Assembly (NCBI GenBank): GCA_902796075.1
Contig: CADBNN010000020.1
Span: forward strand, 4,258-68,257
DNA from: Oscillospiraceae bacterium
GTDB lineage: Bacteria; Bacillota; Clostridia; Oscillospirales; Acutalibacteraceae
Length of the DNA stretch: 64,000 nt
Reading direction: 5' to 3'
Each line of letters starts with the position of its first letter. Positions within the stretch are counted from its first letter, which is position 1. The notes beneath the pieces are model-generated. The model had not been told where the DNA came from, did no database searches, and saw only the letters and a list, made by a program, of their open reading frames with translations. Made by a program: the position numbers and the translations under genes. Positions 28,075-37,212 of this stretch are shown piece after piece.

Positions 28075-29355
28075 TTACAGCGTTACGGTAAATTCCATGC
28101 GGCCGTTGCGGCCGACCGCCGCTACCTTGCCTTTGTGGGTTTGGGCGATGGCTTTTACCACCGAAAGGCCGATGCCGTGGCCTCCCGTTTCGGAATTGCG
28201 GGAAGCGTCCGCCCGGTAAAACCGTTCAAACAGCCGGTCGGCCGGGCCGTCGGTCACGTGGTCGGCGGTGTTGGCAACGGTCAACACCTTGTGCTTGCCG
28301 GCGGCTTTCAGGGTCACGTCGATCTGCCCGCCTTCGTTGGAATACTTCACCGCGTTATCCAGCAGCAGGCCAACGGCTTGGCGAATGGCGGCTTCGTCAC
28401 CGTAAAGCGAAAGACCTGGCTGTACGTTCACCGCAAGCGATTTGCCGGCGGCTTCGGCCACGGCCGCAAAGGGCTGCGCGGCTTCGCTTACCGCGTCGGA
28501 AAGGGAAAAATCCACCATGGGCGTGCGGGAGCCGGCTTCTTCCATGCGGGAAAGCAGCACCAGCTTGCCGGTGAGATCGGTCAATCGCGCCACCTGTTTG
28601 CGAATGCTTTGGGTCCATTCGTTGGCGCCCTGTTCCATTTCCAGAATCTCGGTGTTGGCGTCGATAATGGTAAGGGGCGTTTTGATCTCGTGGCTGGAAT
28701 CGGTGATGAATCGCTTTTGTTTTTCGTAGCTTTCGGCCACCGGCGCGATCACTTTTTTGGAAAAGATCACCACCAGCAAAAACACCAGTGCCAGCCCGAT
28801 CAAACTCACCCACAAACTGCTCCACAAAAAGGAACGGAAGGTGTCCAGATCGCGGCCGCAGTCTAAAAAAATGTACATGGTGCCGTTCTCTACCGCCACG
28901 GCGGTGAACTTATAATCGCCGTAAAATCCCCCGGTGCGGCCTTGCACGGCCGTCGCCATGGCGTTGGCGCCCGCTTCGTCCACCGCCGCAATGCGGTCGA
29001 TATTGGTGGCAACGGTGTTGCCGGCGTCATCCAGCACCACGGTGAAAAAACGCATTTCAAAAGGCGCTTCGGCCGTCAGTCGTCGACCGTCCCACTGCCT
29101 GTGGGGGGCGTTATCCTCGTTTGGCCGCGCGTCGGTTGCCGTAACAGGCGGCTCTTCACCGTTAAAAGCCGGCTCGCCTGGCACGGCCATGGGAAACTGG
29201 CCGCCGTTCATGGCAAGCATTTGCAGCCGCACGTCGGCGTTGCGGTTGATGTTAACATAGTTGCTCACGTTAATGGCGGCCATCATACCGCCCGGCACCA
29301 ACAGCACGGCCCCCATGGCAATGGCAATAAAACGAATGCGTAACGAGCGGATCAT
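28075..29355 (-). CDS. Sensor histidine kinase (two TM segments, HAMP/HisKA/HATPase_c)
   Basis: Start at MIRSLRI, overlapping the response-regulator stop by 4 nt. H-box SHEIKTPLT and G-box motifs (GGHGIGLSVV). Confidence 0.85.
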   Translation of the reverse strand: MIRSLRIRFIAIAMGAVLLVPGGMMAAINVSNYVNINRNADVRLQMLAMNGGQFPMAVPGEPAFNGEEPPVTATDARPNEDNAPHRQWDGRRLTAEAPFEMRFFTVVLDDAGNTVATNIDRIAAVDEAGANAMATAVQGRTGGFYGDYKFTAVAVENGTMYIFLDCGRDLDTFRSFLWSSLWVSLIGLALVFLLVVIFSKKVIAPVAESYEKQKRFITDSSHEIKTPLTIIDANTEILEMEQGANEWTQSIRKQVARLTDLTGKLVLLSRMEEAGSRTPMVDFSLSDAVSEAAQPFAAVAEAAGKSLAVNVQPGLSLYGDEAAIRQAVGLLLDNAVKYSNEGGQIDVTLKAAGKHKVLTVANTADHVTDGPADRLFERFYRADASRNSETGGHGIGLSVVKAIAQTHKGKVAAVGRNGRMEFTVTL

Positions 29356-30026
29356 ACGGTCGCCTCCAACGAATAGCCCACCCCGCGGGTGGCCTTGATT
29401 TGCACGGCAGCCTGCAGCGACGTGAGTTTTTTGCGCAGGTACGATAAATACACCCACACCACGTTCAGGTCCGCGTCGCTTTCATAACCCCATATTTTGT
29501 CCATAAACCGTTCGGTGGGAATAATTTGCCCCGGGCGCACCATAGGCATTTCCAGCATTTGGAATTCCTTGTTGCCCAGCTTAAAAGAGCCCTTGGGGGA
29601 GGACAGTTCGTAAGTGGAACGGTCCAGGGTGATATTTTGAAAGGTCAGCACCGCGTCGGACGCATCGGCCTGGCGGCGGGTCATGGCCCGGATGCGAGCC
29701 AGCAGTTCCTTGGTATCGAAGGGCTTGGGCAAATAATCGTCGGCGCCGCTGTCCAGCCCGGCCACCCGGTCGTCCACTTCGGCCTTGGCGGTGAGCAACA
29801 GCACCGGAATGTGGTCGCCCTTGGCCCGGATCTCTCGCAGCACGGTCAATCCGTCCTTTTTGGGCATCATAATGTCTAAAATCGCGCCGTCGTACAGGCC
29901 GGTCTCCAAATAATCCACCGCGTCCTGACCGTTATACACCGCGTCGACCGAATACTGATTATGTTTTAAAATGGTCACCAGCGCCCGGGAAAGTTCCCGT
30001 TCGTCTTCCGCCAGCAATAAGCGCAT
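29352..30026 (-). CDS. OmpR-family response regulator (REC plus winged-helix)
   Basis: 224 aa. MRLLLAEDE...DGAILDIMMPKKDG...LLLTAK, with a C-terminal wHTH. AAGGAGGG RBS. Confidence 0.9.
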   Translation of the reverse strand: MRLLLAEDERELSRALVTILKHNQYSVDAVYNGQDAVDYLETGLYDGAILDIMMPKKDGLTVLREIRAKGDHIPVLLLTAKAEVDDRVAGLDSGADDYLPKPFDTKELLARIRAMTRRQADASDAVLTFQNITLDRSTYELSSPKGSFKLGNKEFQMLEMPMVRPGQIIPTERFMDKIWGYESDADLNVVWVYLSYLRKKLTSLQAAVQIKATRGVGYSLEATV

Positions 30027-30166
30027 GTCGATCCCTCCTTTTGGCGCCAGTATAAGGGAAAAACCTTAAATCAACTTAAATATACCATGAATATCACGAA
30101 AAATCAACCGATTGACAAGACTGCGGTATTCGTTTATAATCATGAAAAACAGCGGGAGATGGTGTT

Positions 30167-31642
30167 ATGAAACGGTGGATGTGTATTTGGCTGGCCGTGT
30201 GCGTTAGCGTGACGGCGTTATTTTGTGCGCCGGCAGTCCGGGCGGAACAGGCACAGCCCCGCGTTACCTGGGGCGACCCCAACGGCGACGGCACCGTGAA
30301 CGCCGCCGACGCTTTGGTGGCCTTGCGGTGCGCTGTGGGCAAACTGGCCCCCGGGGGGCTGGTGCTTTCGGCCTGCGACGTGGACTGCAGCGATGTTGTG
30401 AACGCCGCCGACGCCCTGCAAATGCTGAAAACAGCGGTGGGCAAACAAACCGCTTTTGACCCCGTTGGCATGCGGGGCAACACCTATTTGATCGGCACGG
30501 CGTATCCCAGCCGTTACAGTGAAGATACGGCCTACGGCCGCGCCATGCTGCAAGCCATTGCCAACGCGGAAGCCGCTTTGGGCGTGACGATTGAAGTGCA
30601 AACGCTGGAAGCGGACGATCCTTTGTGGATGTATGATCTGCTGGAACTGCCCGCCCACCAGTGCCGGAACTATGCCCGCAGCGGCGCCGTGCGGGATTTT
30701 GCCCAAAACGCGGCGCTTTCAGACGTCGTGCGCACCGGCGCTTCGGCCCTGGCATGCGCCATGGGCGACGGCCAATACGGCGCGGGCAGCCCTGCCATGG
30801 GCGCCAACGCCATGGGACTGGCGATCAACGGCGACCTGCTGGCCCGTTACGCCCCCACAGCCTATGCCGCGCTGGGCGACCAATTTGAAGACGGCACCTG
30901 GACCTGGGAGGCGCTGGATGCGCTCATCGCCGAATACCGCACCAACAAGCCCCGGTCGGCGGTGCTGATTTCCAACACCAACATCATCGGCCAGGCCATT
31001 GTTTCCAACGCCGGGTACGAGGTGGCGTTTTTGCCGGATGGCACCGGCGCGGTATGTTCCATCGCGTCGCCCGAAGGCATTCAGGCCATGGAATACATCA
31101 AGGGTATGTATAACAGCGGCGCCTGGCAGTATGAAAATAACGTGAATGAAATGGCCGCCATGTTCCGCGAACAGCAGGTGCCCATGGCGGTGTATTATCT
31201 TTCGGAAGCCGGCGCTTGGGCGTGGGACGCGGATTTTACTCTCACGGCCATGCCGTTTCCCAAAGGGCCCAAACAGCAAGACTATGTGATGAGCACGTTT
31301 AATGCGGCGGTGTTTACCTGCCCGGCGGCCCAAACCGAACCGGCCAACGGCACGGCGTTGGTGCTCAACGCGCTGGCCGAAGCCGACGCCGCGCTGGCGG
31401 CGGCCCAAACGGCGGACATGGCCGAGCGGGGGTTTGACCGGGCGGGTCAGGCGGTGTTTGCCTGGGCGGCCGCCCATACGTCGCCCGACTTTTCCACCGG
31501 CCCGTTTGACGGCGCGGTGGGCGGCCCGGTGGACGGCAGTGTGCTGACCCCCTCCCAAAAACCGGCCACGGCGCTGCCCCGCATTGCCGACCTGATCCAG
31601 CAGGAAGTAGACGCCTATTACGGCATGTTTTACCGGCGGTAA
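30167..31642 (+). CDS. Secreted protein with an N-terminal type-I dockerin-like module fused to a solute-binding-protein-like domain (a paralog of the SBP domain of the 13130 lipoprotein)
   Basis: Signal peptide, then dockerin segments DPNGDGTVNAADALVALR and CDVDCSDVVNAADALQMLK. The SBP-like region aligns with the 13130 protein (NTNIIGQAIVSNAG..SPEGIQAMEYIKGMY versus NTNLIGMAITNNAG..SDEGIRALEWCKALW). Confidence 0.7.
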   Translation: MKRWMCIWLAVCVSVTALFCAPAVRAEQAQPRVTWGDPNGDGTVNAADALVALRCAVGKLAPGGLVLSACDVDCSDVVNAADALQMLKTAVGKQTAFDPVGMRGNTYLIGTAYPSRYSEDTAYGRAMLQAIANAEAALGVTIEVQTLEADDPLWMYDLLELPAHQCRNYARSGAVRDFAQNAALSDVVRTGASALACAMGDGQYGAGSPAMGANAMGLAINGDLLARYAPTAYAALGDQFEDGTWTWEALDALIAEYRTNKPRSAVLISNTNIIGQAIVSNAGYEVAFLPDGTGAVCSIASPEGIQAMEYIKGMYNSGAWQYENNVNEMAAMFREQQVPMAVYYLSEAGAWAWDADFTLTAMPFPKGPKQQDYVMSTFNAAVFTCPAAQTEPANGTALVLNALAEADAALAAAQTADMAERGFDRAGQAVFAWAAAHTSPDFSTGPFDGAVGGPVDGSVLTPSQKPATALPRIADLIQQEVDAYYGMFYRR

Positions 31643-31707
31643 CGTCCAAAAAGTCATAAACAAAAGCACCGGTGCGCGGCATCGGTGCTTTTTTGCTGCG
31701 GCAGGCG

Positions 31708-32322
31708 TCAGGGCCCGTATTCAATATCCGCTTTGTCTACCAGTTCTTTTAAATAGCCGCTGAAGGCTTGGGCAAAATCGTCGCTGTTCACGTCGTCAAA
31801 CCCGTTTTCTTCGGCATAGTGTTCCACCAGCGCCGCCATGCCGGCGTCCAGCCGGCAATAGGTTTGGGCGTATTCTTCATACAGTGCCCGGGTAATGCCC
31901 TGCTGGGTAAGGGCGGCGTGGAACGCGTCGTAATACGCCCGTTCCGGCGTGTCGGGGGCCGCGTCTTCATACAGCGAATATTGCTGCCGGGCGTTTTGCA
32001 GGGCGGTTTCGTAGTCCACCGCCAACTGCAGGCGTTTGGCTTCGGCGGCGGCCACTTCCATTTGTGCCAGCGCCTGGGCCATGGCCGCGTGGGGCAAATT
32101 GCCCGCCCCGCCGGCGGATTCCCCTTTGGCGGAGGCGTAGGCTTTGGCCGCCTGGGCCTGGGCCAGATAGATCTGTCGGTATATGTTCACCTGCCGGTTG
32201 GTGTAAACCGTTTGGCCGATACGCACCGCCATGGCCGCCGGGTCCCGTTCGGGTTCGGCACAGCCGGTAAGCAGCGCGGCCGCCAGCACCAGCACAAGGC
32301 CCAGCGCGATATATCGTTTCAT
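31708..32322 (-). CDS. Hypothetical lipoprotein
   Basis: Start at MKRYIALGLVLVLAAALLTGC (lipobox) with a GGGAGG RBS. It is the last gene of the DUF1836-NfeD-flotillin operon (minus strand). Confidence 0.55.
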   Translation of the reverse strand: MKRYIALGLVLVLAAALLTGCAEPERDPAAMAVRIGQTVYTNRQVNIYRQIYLAQAQAAKAYASAKGESAGGAGNLPHAAMAQALAQMEVAAAEAKRLQLAVDYETALQNARQQYSLYEDAAPDTPERAYYDAFHAALTQQGITRALYEEYAQTYCRLDAGMAALVEHYAEENGFDDVNSDDFAQAFSGYLKELVDKADIEYGP

Positions 32323-32427
32323 GCAGGATACCTCCCGTGTTTTTCGTTTTACCCATAGTACCAAATTTGCGGCGGCTTGTCAATGCAAAAGCGGGACAGC
32401 TTGCGCTGCCCCGCCGGGGGAAAAAGA

Positions 32428-33870
32428 TTATGCCAATGCGGGCTGTGTTGCCGGCGTGTTATCGGCCGGTTCGGCCAGGGGTTCGGCCGCCGGGTCTTCC
32501 GCCGTTTCGTCGGGCAGCTTTTTGCCCAAAATCTCCGGCAGTTGCATGCCTGCCATGGCAAACACCTCGTTCAGCGGCGGCACCGACTGCATCAGTCCCG
32601 ACAAAAAGTTGGCGGTGCTGCTTTTGCCGTCTTTGGCGTTGCCGCCGTCCCACACGGTCACTTTGTCTATCTTGATGTTCTTGATGGCGTCTACCTGCAC
32701 CCGCATCAGATCCTCCAGTTTGTCGGCGATCATCAGCTTCAGCGCGGCATTGGCGTCGCCGCCGGCGGCGGAAACGATCTTTTCAAAACCGGCGGCCTGC
32801 CGGGTAAGGATCTCTTCCATACCTTTGGCTTCGGCGGCCATTTTGGCATAAATGGCGTCGGCGTCGCCCTTGGCCTTGCGGCGGATCTGTTCGGCGGCGG
32901 CTTCGGCTTCCAGTTCGATTTTGCGTTTTTCGATTTCGGCGCCGATGATCACGTCGGCTTCCAGCGTGGCTTTTTCGCGGGCCGAACGGGCGGCTTCGGC
33001 CTGCTGTTCGGCGGCGTAGGCTTCCTCCAGCGCCCGGGCGGCCTGGATCTTTTCGGCCGTGGTGGCAATGCGCTGGGCCTCGGCTTCTTTTTCCCGCAGG
33101 GAAGCGTTGGACATGGCAATGGCCATTTTGGCGTTGTTTTCGCCTTCAATGGCTTCGGAATTGGCTTTGGAAACTTCAATGCGCTCGGTCATGTTGGCGT
33201 GAGACTGGCCGATGGAGCCGTCCCGTTCCCGTTCGGCCACGTTTTTCTTGGCGTCGTTAATGGCTTTGGCGGCGGCCTCTTTGCCCAGCGCTTCAATGTA
33301 GCCCGATTCGTCGCTGATGTCGGTCACGTTCACGTTGATGAGCCGCAGACCGATTTTTTTCAGTTCGCTTTCCACGTTGCGGCTTACCGCTTCCAAAAAC
33401 TTATCCCGGTCGGTGTTGATCTCTTCAATATCCATGGTGGCGATGATCAACCGCAGTTGGCCGAAGATGATATCCCGCGAAAGCTCCTGAATTTCGTTAA
33501 GCTTCAGCCCCAGCAGCCGCTCGGCGGCGTTTTGCATAATGGCCGGCTCGGTGGAAATGCCCACCGTGAAGCGGGAAGGCACGTCTATGCGGATGTTTTG
33601 CCGCGAAAGGGCGTTTTTCAGGTCTACCGAAATGGAAATGGGGGTCAGATCCAAAAATTCGTAAGCCTGGAACAGGGGCACAATAAAGGCCGCGCCGCCG
33701 TGGATGCATTTGGCGCTGCGGGCGCTGCCGTCTTTGTTGGAGCCCACTTTACCGTAAATGACCATAATTTTGTCGGACGGACATTTTTTATACCGCGAAA
33801 GCAGCAATAAAAGCAGCATAAACGCTACCAGCACGCCCACACAGATGAATGCGATCGTTTCGAATCCCAT
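32428..33870 (-). CDS. Flotillin-family SPFH/band-7 protein (FloT-like)
   Basis: 480 aa. N-terminal TM, an SPFH domain, and a long Ala/Glu-rich coiled-coil (flotillin EA repeats). GGAGG RBS. Confidence 0.85.
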   Translation of the reverse strand: MGFETIAFICVGVLVAFMLLLLLLSRYKKCPSDKIMVIYGKVGSNKDGSARSAKCIHGGAAFIVPLFQAYEFLDLTPISISVDLKNALSRQNIRIDVPSRFTVGISTEPAIMQNAAERLLGLKLNEIQELSRDIIFGQLRLIIATMDIEEINTDRDKFLEAVSRNVESELKKIGLRLINVNVTDISDESGYIEALGKEAAAKAINDAKKNVAERERDGSIGQSHANMTERIEVSKANSEAIEGENNAKMAIAMSNASLREKEAEAQRIATTAEKIQAARALEEAYAAEQQAEAARSAREKATLEADVIIGAEIEKRKIELEAEAAAEQIRRKAKGDADAIYAKMAAEAKGMEEILTRQAAGFEKIVSAAGGDANAALKLMIADKLEDLMRVQVDAIKNIKIDKVTVWDGGNAKDGKSSTANFLSGLMQSVPPLNEVFAMAGMQLPEILGKKLPDETAEDPAAEPLAEPADNTPATQPALA

Positions 33871-33905
33871 AATGAATACCTCCGTTTCTTATGTGTTGCA
33901 GGATC

Positions 33906-34616
33906 CTATTTGCGTTTTACTACCAGCACGCCGCCGCCCGAAAGACCCACCACCGTTACCTCGGTGCCGGTGGCAAGGGGCGCATCGTCGTCGGTCACTG
34001 CCGAAAGTTCGGTAAACTGTCCTTGCAGAATCAGGTTCACTTTGCCCTGTTCCTGCCGGGCGGGAGGCACCGTGATGTAAACCGTGCCCGAAGCGCCCAG
34101 GGCGTTGCGCAGGTCCATGGTGCCGTTGGCCTGCAGTTTGTAAAAATAGTACATCGCCACCGCAACAATGAACATGGTGAGCAACCCCACCAGCACCGCC
34201 ACCGTGAGCGAAAGCGGCAACGAAACACCGCTCCGCAGCATGGCCAGACCGCACCAGCCCGCCATGGCGAAAAAGGCTACCACGCCCCGCACCGAAAACA
34301 GCCGCAGGCCGCTGTCGGAATGGATCACCGGGGCAGGATGATCCTCCCCGAAGATGCCGTCGTGATCGAAGTCGTGGTCAAAATCATGGTCAAAATCGTG
34401 ATCCAGATCATGGTCGAAGTCATGGTCAAAATCGTGGTCAAGATCATGGTCAACATCCAAGCCCGCGTCGTGATCAACGTCGGAATCGTGATGTCCCAGG
34501 CCCAGCAACAGCATAATCAGCTGCAAAATCAAAATCAGCGTGGCCGGCAGGGCAATGCAGGCCAGCACACGTTCTGCCAGGGTCAAAGAGGCCCACCATA
34601 ACAGCATTTCGGTCAT
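33906..34616 (-). CDS. NfeD-family membrane protein (flotillin partner) carrying an unusual (DHDFDHDL)n His/Asp repeat insert
   Basis: TM segments, a C-terminal NfeD OB-fold (GTEVTVVGLSGGGVLVVKRK), and a 40-aa DHD repeat. The start is either 34616 or the second ATG at 34607. Confidence 0.7.
   Translation of the reverse strand: MTEMLLWWASLTLAERVLACIALPATLILILQLIMLLLGLGHHDSDVDHDAGLDVDHDLDHDFDHDFDHDLDHDFDHDFDHDFDHDGIFGEDHPAPVIHSDSGLRLFSVRGVVAFFAMAGWCGLAMLRSGVSLPLSLTVAVLVGLLTMFIVAVAMYYFYKLQANGTMDLRNALGASGTVYITVPPARQEQGKVNLILQGQFTELSAVTDDDAPLATGTEVTVVGLSGGGVLVVKRK
34361..34500 (-). repeat. Tandem 6/12-nt coding repeat (GTGATC/GTGGTC/ATGGTC alternating with xAxxTC) encoding the His-Asp repeat of the NfeD protein
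   Basis: Direct reading of 34361-34495. Confidence 0.6.
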
Positions 34617-34619
34617 CTC

Positions 34620-35186
34620 CTAATCTAAATTCTGCAACAGCAGCTGGGCGTCGGCCTGCAGGCGGGTGGCGCAATAGGCCAGCACCATGATCTGCAGCAC
34701 CTTTTCCAGCCGTTTGCGGGCGCCGGGATAGGCTTCGGTGTAGCCGGCGGCCACGGTATGGATCAGTTCTTCCGTTTGCCGGCGCAGCAGCCGGTCCCGG
34801 TCGGTTTGCACCAGAATGCGCACAAAATAGGCGTACAGCTCATCGTCGCCCAGGGCGTCGTCCCGCTCGTCGGTGAGGGTGCGGTTGATGTAAGTGAGCA
34901 TGGCGGCGATGCGGGGCAGCGGCAGGCTTTCTTTTAACAGATTGATGATCACCAGCCGGCAAAACTGCCGTTTGGAATACTGCTTGGCCACCGGGGAAGA
35001 GCAGAAGCCCCGTTTTACCCAGTTTTGCACGGTGTGAGGCTCCAGCCCCGTTAAGCGGCATACCTGTGAAAGCACCAACCCACCTGCGGCAAACACCGCG
35101 TGCAGCACGGCCAGCGGATCGTCGCTTGACCAGTCGGTTTCCAACAACGTGCCGGGCAAATAAGCTTTCACGGATCTCACCTCCAT
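34620..35186 (-). CDS. Hypothetical protein (DUF1836-like is my recollection only), first gene of the NfeD-flotillin operon. Translationally coupled to nfeD.
   Basis: 188 aa ORF. Stop TAG at 34620-22, 4 nt from the NfeD start. No clear RBS at ATG 35186; an internal GTG start is possible. Confidence 0.5.
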   Translation of the reverse strand: MEVRSVKAYLPGTLLETDWSSDDPLAVLHAVFAAGGLVLSQVCRLTGLEPHTVQNWVKRGFCSSPVAKQYSKRQFCRLVIINLLKESLPLPRIAAMLTYINRTLTDERDDALGDDELYAYFVRILVQTDRDRLLRRQTEELIHTVAAGYTEAYPGARKRLEKVLQIMVLAYCATRLQADAQLLLQNLD

Positions 35187-35324
35187 CGCGTTTACTTGAT
35201 TATATCACACGGTCACGTAACCGTCAAGTATTTTTTTCGAATTTTTTCGGTTTTTTTATTGACTTATGTCGGCTTTCCATTATATTATAAAGAAGCAAGA
35301 CAAGCACCCCGAAGGAGGTACCTT

Positions 35325-37175
35325 ATGGCTTACGAATATACCGTCGACCGCTCGGCGGACGAATCCCGCAAGATCGTGACCGACGGGCTGCTGCCCGACA
35401 CGATCTATTGGGCGGACGGTTCGTTGCTGCGGCGGGATCCGATTTTTGAAAAGGACGCCACCCGGTTTGTGGTGAGTTTTCAGGGCCTGCTCAACCGGGA
35501 ATACGGCCAAAGCCACACCAGCCTGCTGTATTTAGACGTGACCCAATCGGACGATTTTTGGTTTGATTACACCCGCCGGCCGGGCAAAAGTTTTCACGGC
35601 ATGGCGGTGCGCAAAATTGCCGATTTGACCGACTTTTTTGCCCTGTTTGCCCCGCAGTTGGCCGATTTCGGCCTGATCGAATGGGATCCGGCCGTGCCTG
35701 CCACCGCCAACGTGGCCGCCACCATTTGCGGACTGGACGGCATGCTGCCCGTGCGGCATGACCCGGCGCCCGACAGCTTTGAAACGCTTGCGCTGGGCCG
35801 GGGGTTAACGGTCAAGCAAAGCCTGGTTGGCATGTTCGGCCCCGGCGGCACCGCGTATGAACATGGCTTCACTTCCTGCGGCAGCGCCAAAAACGACGCC
35901 TATCGCTGGGCGTATGATAAATATTTTGCCCGCTGTTCCTCTCGCTACATCGCTTATATTCTGGACGGCGCCGGTTGTGTGCCCGGCACCCCCTTTGAAG
36001 CGGCGGCTCATTCGGCGGGGCTCAACTGCCTGTATAATCACGATTACTACCTGGCCCGCCGGTGCTTCTTTTTTGATTTGACCTGTATCGATATCGAAAA
36101 GCCCTGCGACGATCCCGATCAGCCGCTGGGCACCGACCTTGCCACCCTGAAAATGATCATGAAAGGCCGGTATGACCGGGCAAACGGCGCTTTCGGGCAG
36201 ATCCTGGGCTTCCCGCCCTGGTGGGTGAAATACACCACCTCCCGCGGCATGGGCAGTTTGTTCCCCACCACGGTGGAATGGATCTACGTGGCGCTGGTGA
36301 CCGCCTATAACCTGGCCAAGGAAGCGGACGCCGCCCACCCCTGCACCATGAGCAACGCGTCGTTCTACAGCCGCTATACCAGCAGCTTCAAACAGTATAA
36401 AAACAACCGGCCCACCCAAAAGAAACGGTTTGACCCAAAAGTGAAGTATTTTACTTTCTACGGGGGCGATTACGATTCGGCCGCCTGGCTCAAACAGCAC
36501 GTGGCCAACTTTTGGGTGAATGACGACGCCCGGGGCAAGATCCCCATCAACTGGTCTTTCAACCCCAATTTGTCGGAACGGGCGCCCATGGTGTTTGATT
36601 TTATTCATGAAGAAATGACCCCCAACGACTTCTTTTCCGCCGGGGACAGCGGCGCCGGTTACGTGATCCCCGCCGCGCTGTCGTCCGATTCCTCTTTGCG
36701 TGAAGTGCCGGACGGCTGTAACGCCTGGGCGGAATACAGCAAGTGGTTTTATGAAAAATTCGATCTGGACGTGACCGGATTCATCATCAACGGCCACTAC
36801 CCCATGACCCGGCAGATCATGGAAATGTTCGCTTCCTTTTCGCCGGTTGGCAATTTCCACAACTGCTCCAATACCACCATGGCCCTGTGCAACGGGGTGC
36901 CGTTTGTGTATTTGCACAACGGCGTGAGCGGCCGCAAGGAATCGGCCGAGGGCAGCGCCAAAGCCATGCTCAATCACTTCCGCACCCGCATGGCACCCTA
37001 TAACTTCGCCGGCTTCCGCAATGTGTGCGACGCTCCTTCCGACACCCTGCGGCTGGTGGAAACTTTCCTGGCCTACGCCAAGGAGCAAGACCCCGAAACC
37101 CGGTATGAGTATGTTGATACTTACACGTTCTTCGATCTGGTGATGCAATCAGGCCAGTGCACCGAAGAACTGTGA
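35325..37175 (+). CDS. Member 1 of a 5-gene tandem paralog family (uncharacterised conserved domain). No signal peptide or dockerin, so predicted cytoplasmic.
   Basis: Start at ATG 35325 after GAAGGAGG. Shared motifs with the paralogs: PATANVAATICGLDG, GSAKNDAYRWA..YF.RCSS.Y.AY.LDGA, NHDYYLARRCFFFDL, RANGAFGQ..GFPPWW.KYT, GDYDS.AW.K, FNPNLS.R.P..FD, GDSGAGYVIPA, FD.D.TGFIING. Confidence 0.7.
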   Translation: MAYEYTVDRSADESRKIVTDGLLPDTIYWADGSLLRRDPIFEKDATRFVVSFQGLLNREYGQSHTSLLYLDVTQSDDFWFDYTRRPGKSFHGMAVRKIADLTDFFALFAPQLADFGLIEWDPAVPATANVAATICGLDGMLPVRHDPAPDSFETLALGRGLTVKQSLVGMFGPGGTAYEHGFTSCGSAKNDAYRWAYDKYFARCSSRYIAYILDGAGCVPGTPFEAAAHSAGLNCLYNHDYYLARRCFFFDLTCIDIEKPCDDPDQPLGTDLATLKMIMKGRYDRANGAFGQILGFPPWWVKYTTSRGMGSLFPTTVEWIYVALVTAYNLAKEADAAHPCTMSNASFYSRYTSSFKQYKNNRPTQKKRFDPKVKYFTFYGGDYDSAAWLKQHVANFWVNDDARGKIPINWSFNPNLSERAPMVFDFIHEEMTPNDFFSAGDSGAGYVIPAALSSDSSLREVPDGCNAWAEYSKWFYEKFDLDVTGFIINGHYPMTRQIMEMFASFSPVGNFHNCSNTTMALCNGVPFVYLHNGVSGRKESAEGSAKAMLNHFRTRMAPYNFAGFRNVCDAPSDTLRLVETFLAYAKEQDPETRYEYVDTYTFFDLVMQSGQCTEEL

Positions 37176-37212
37176 GGATGAAAGTTTTGTATTCTTTATG
37201 GAGGACACTGTT

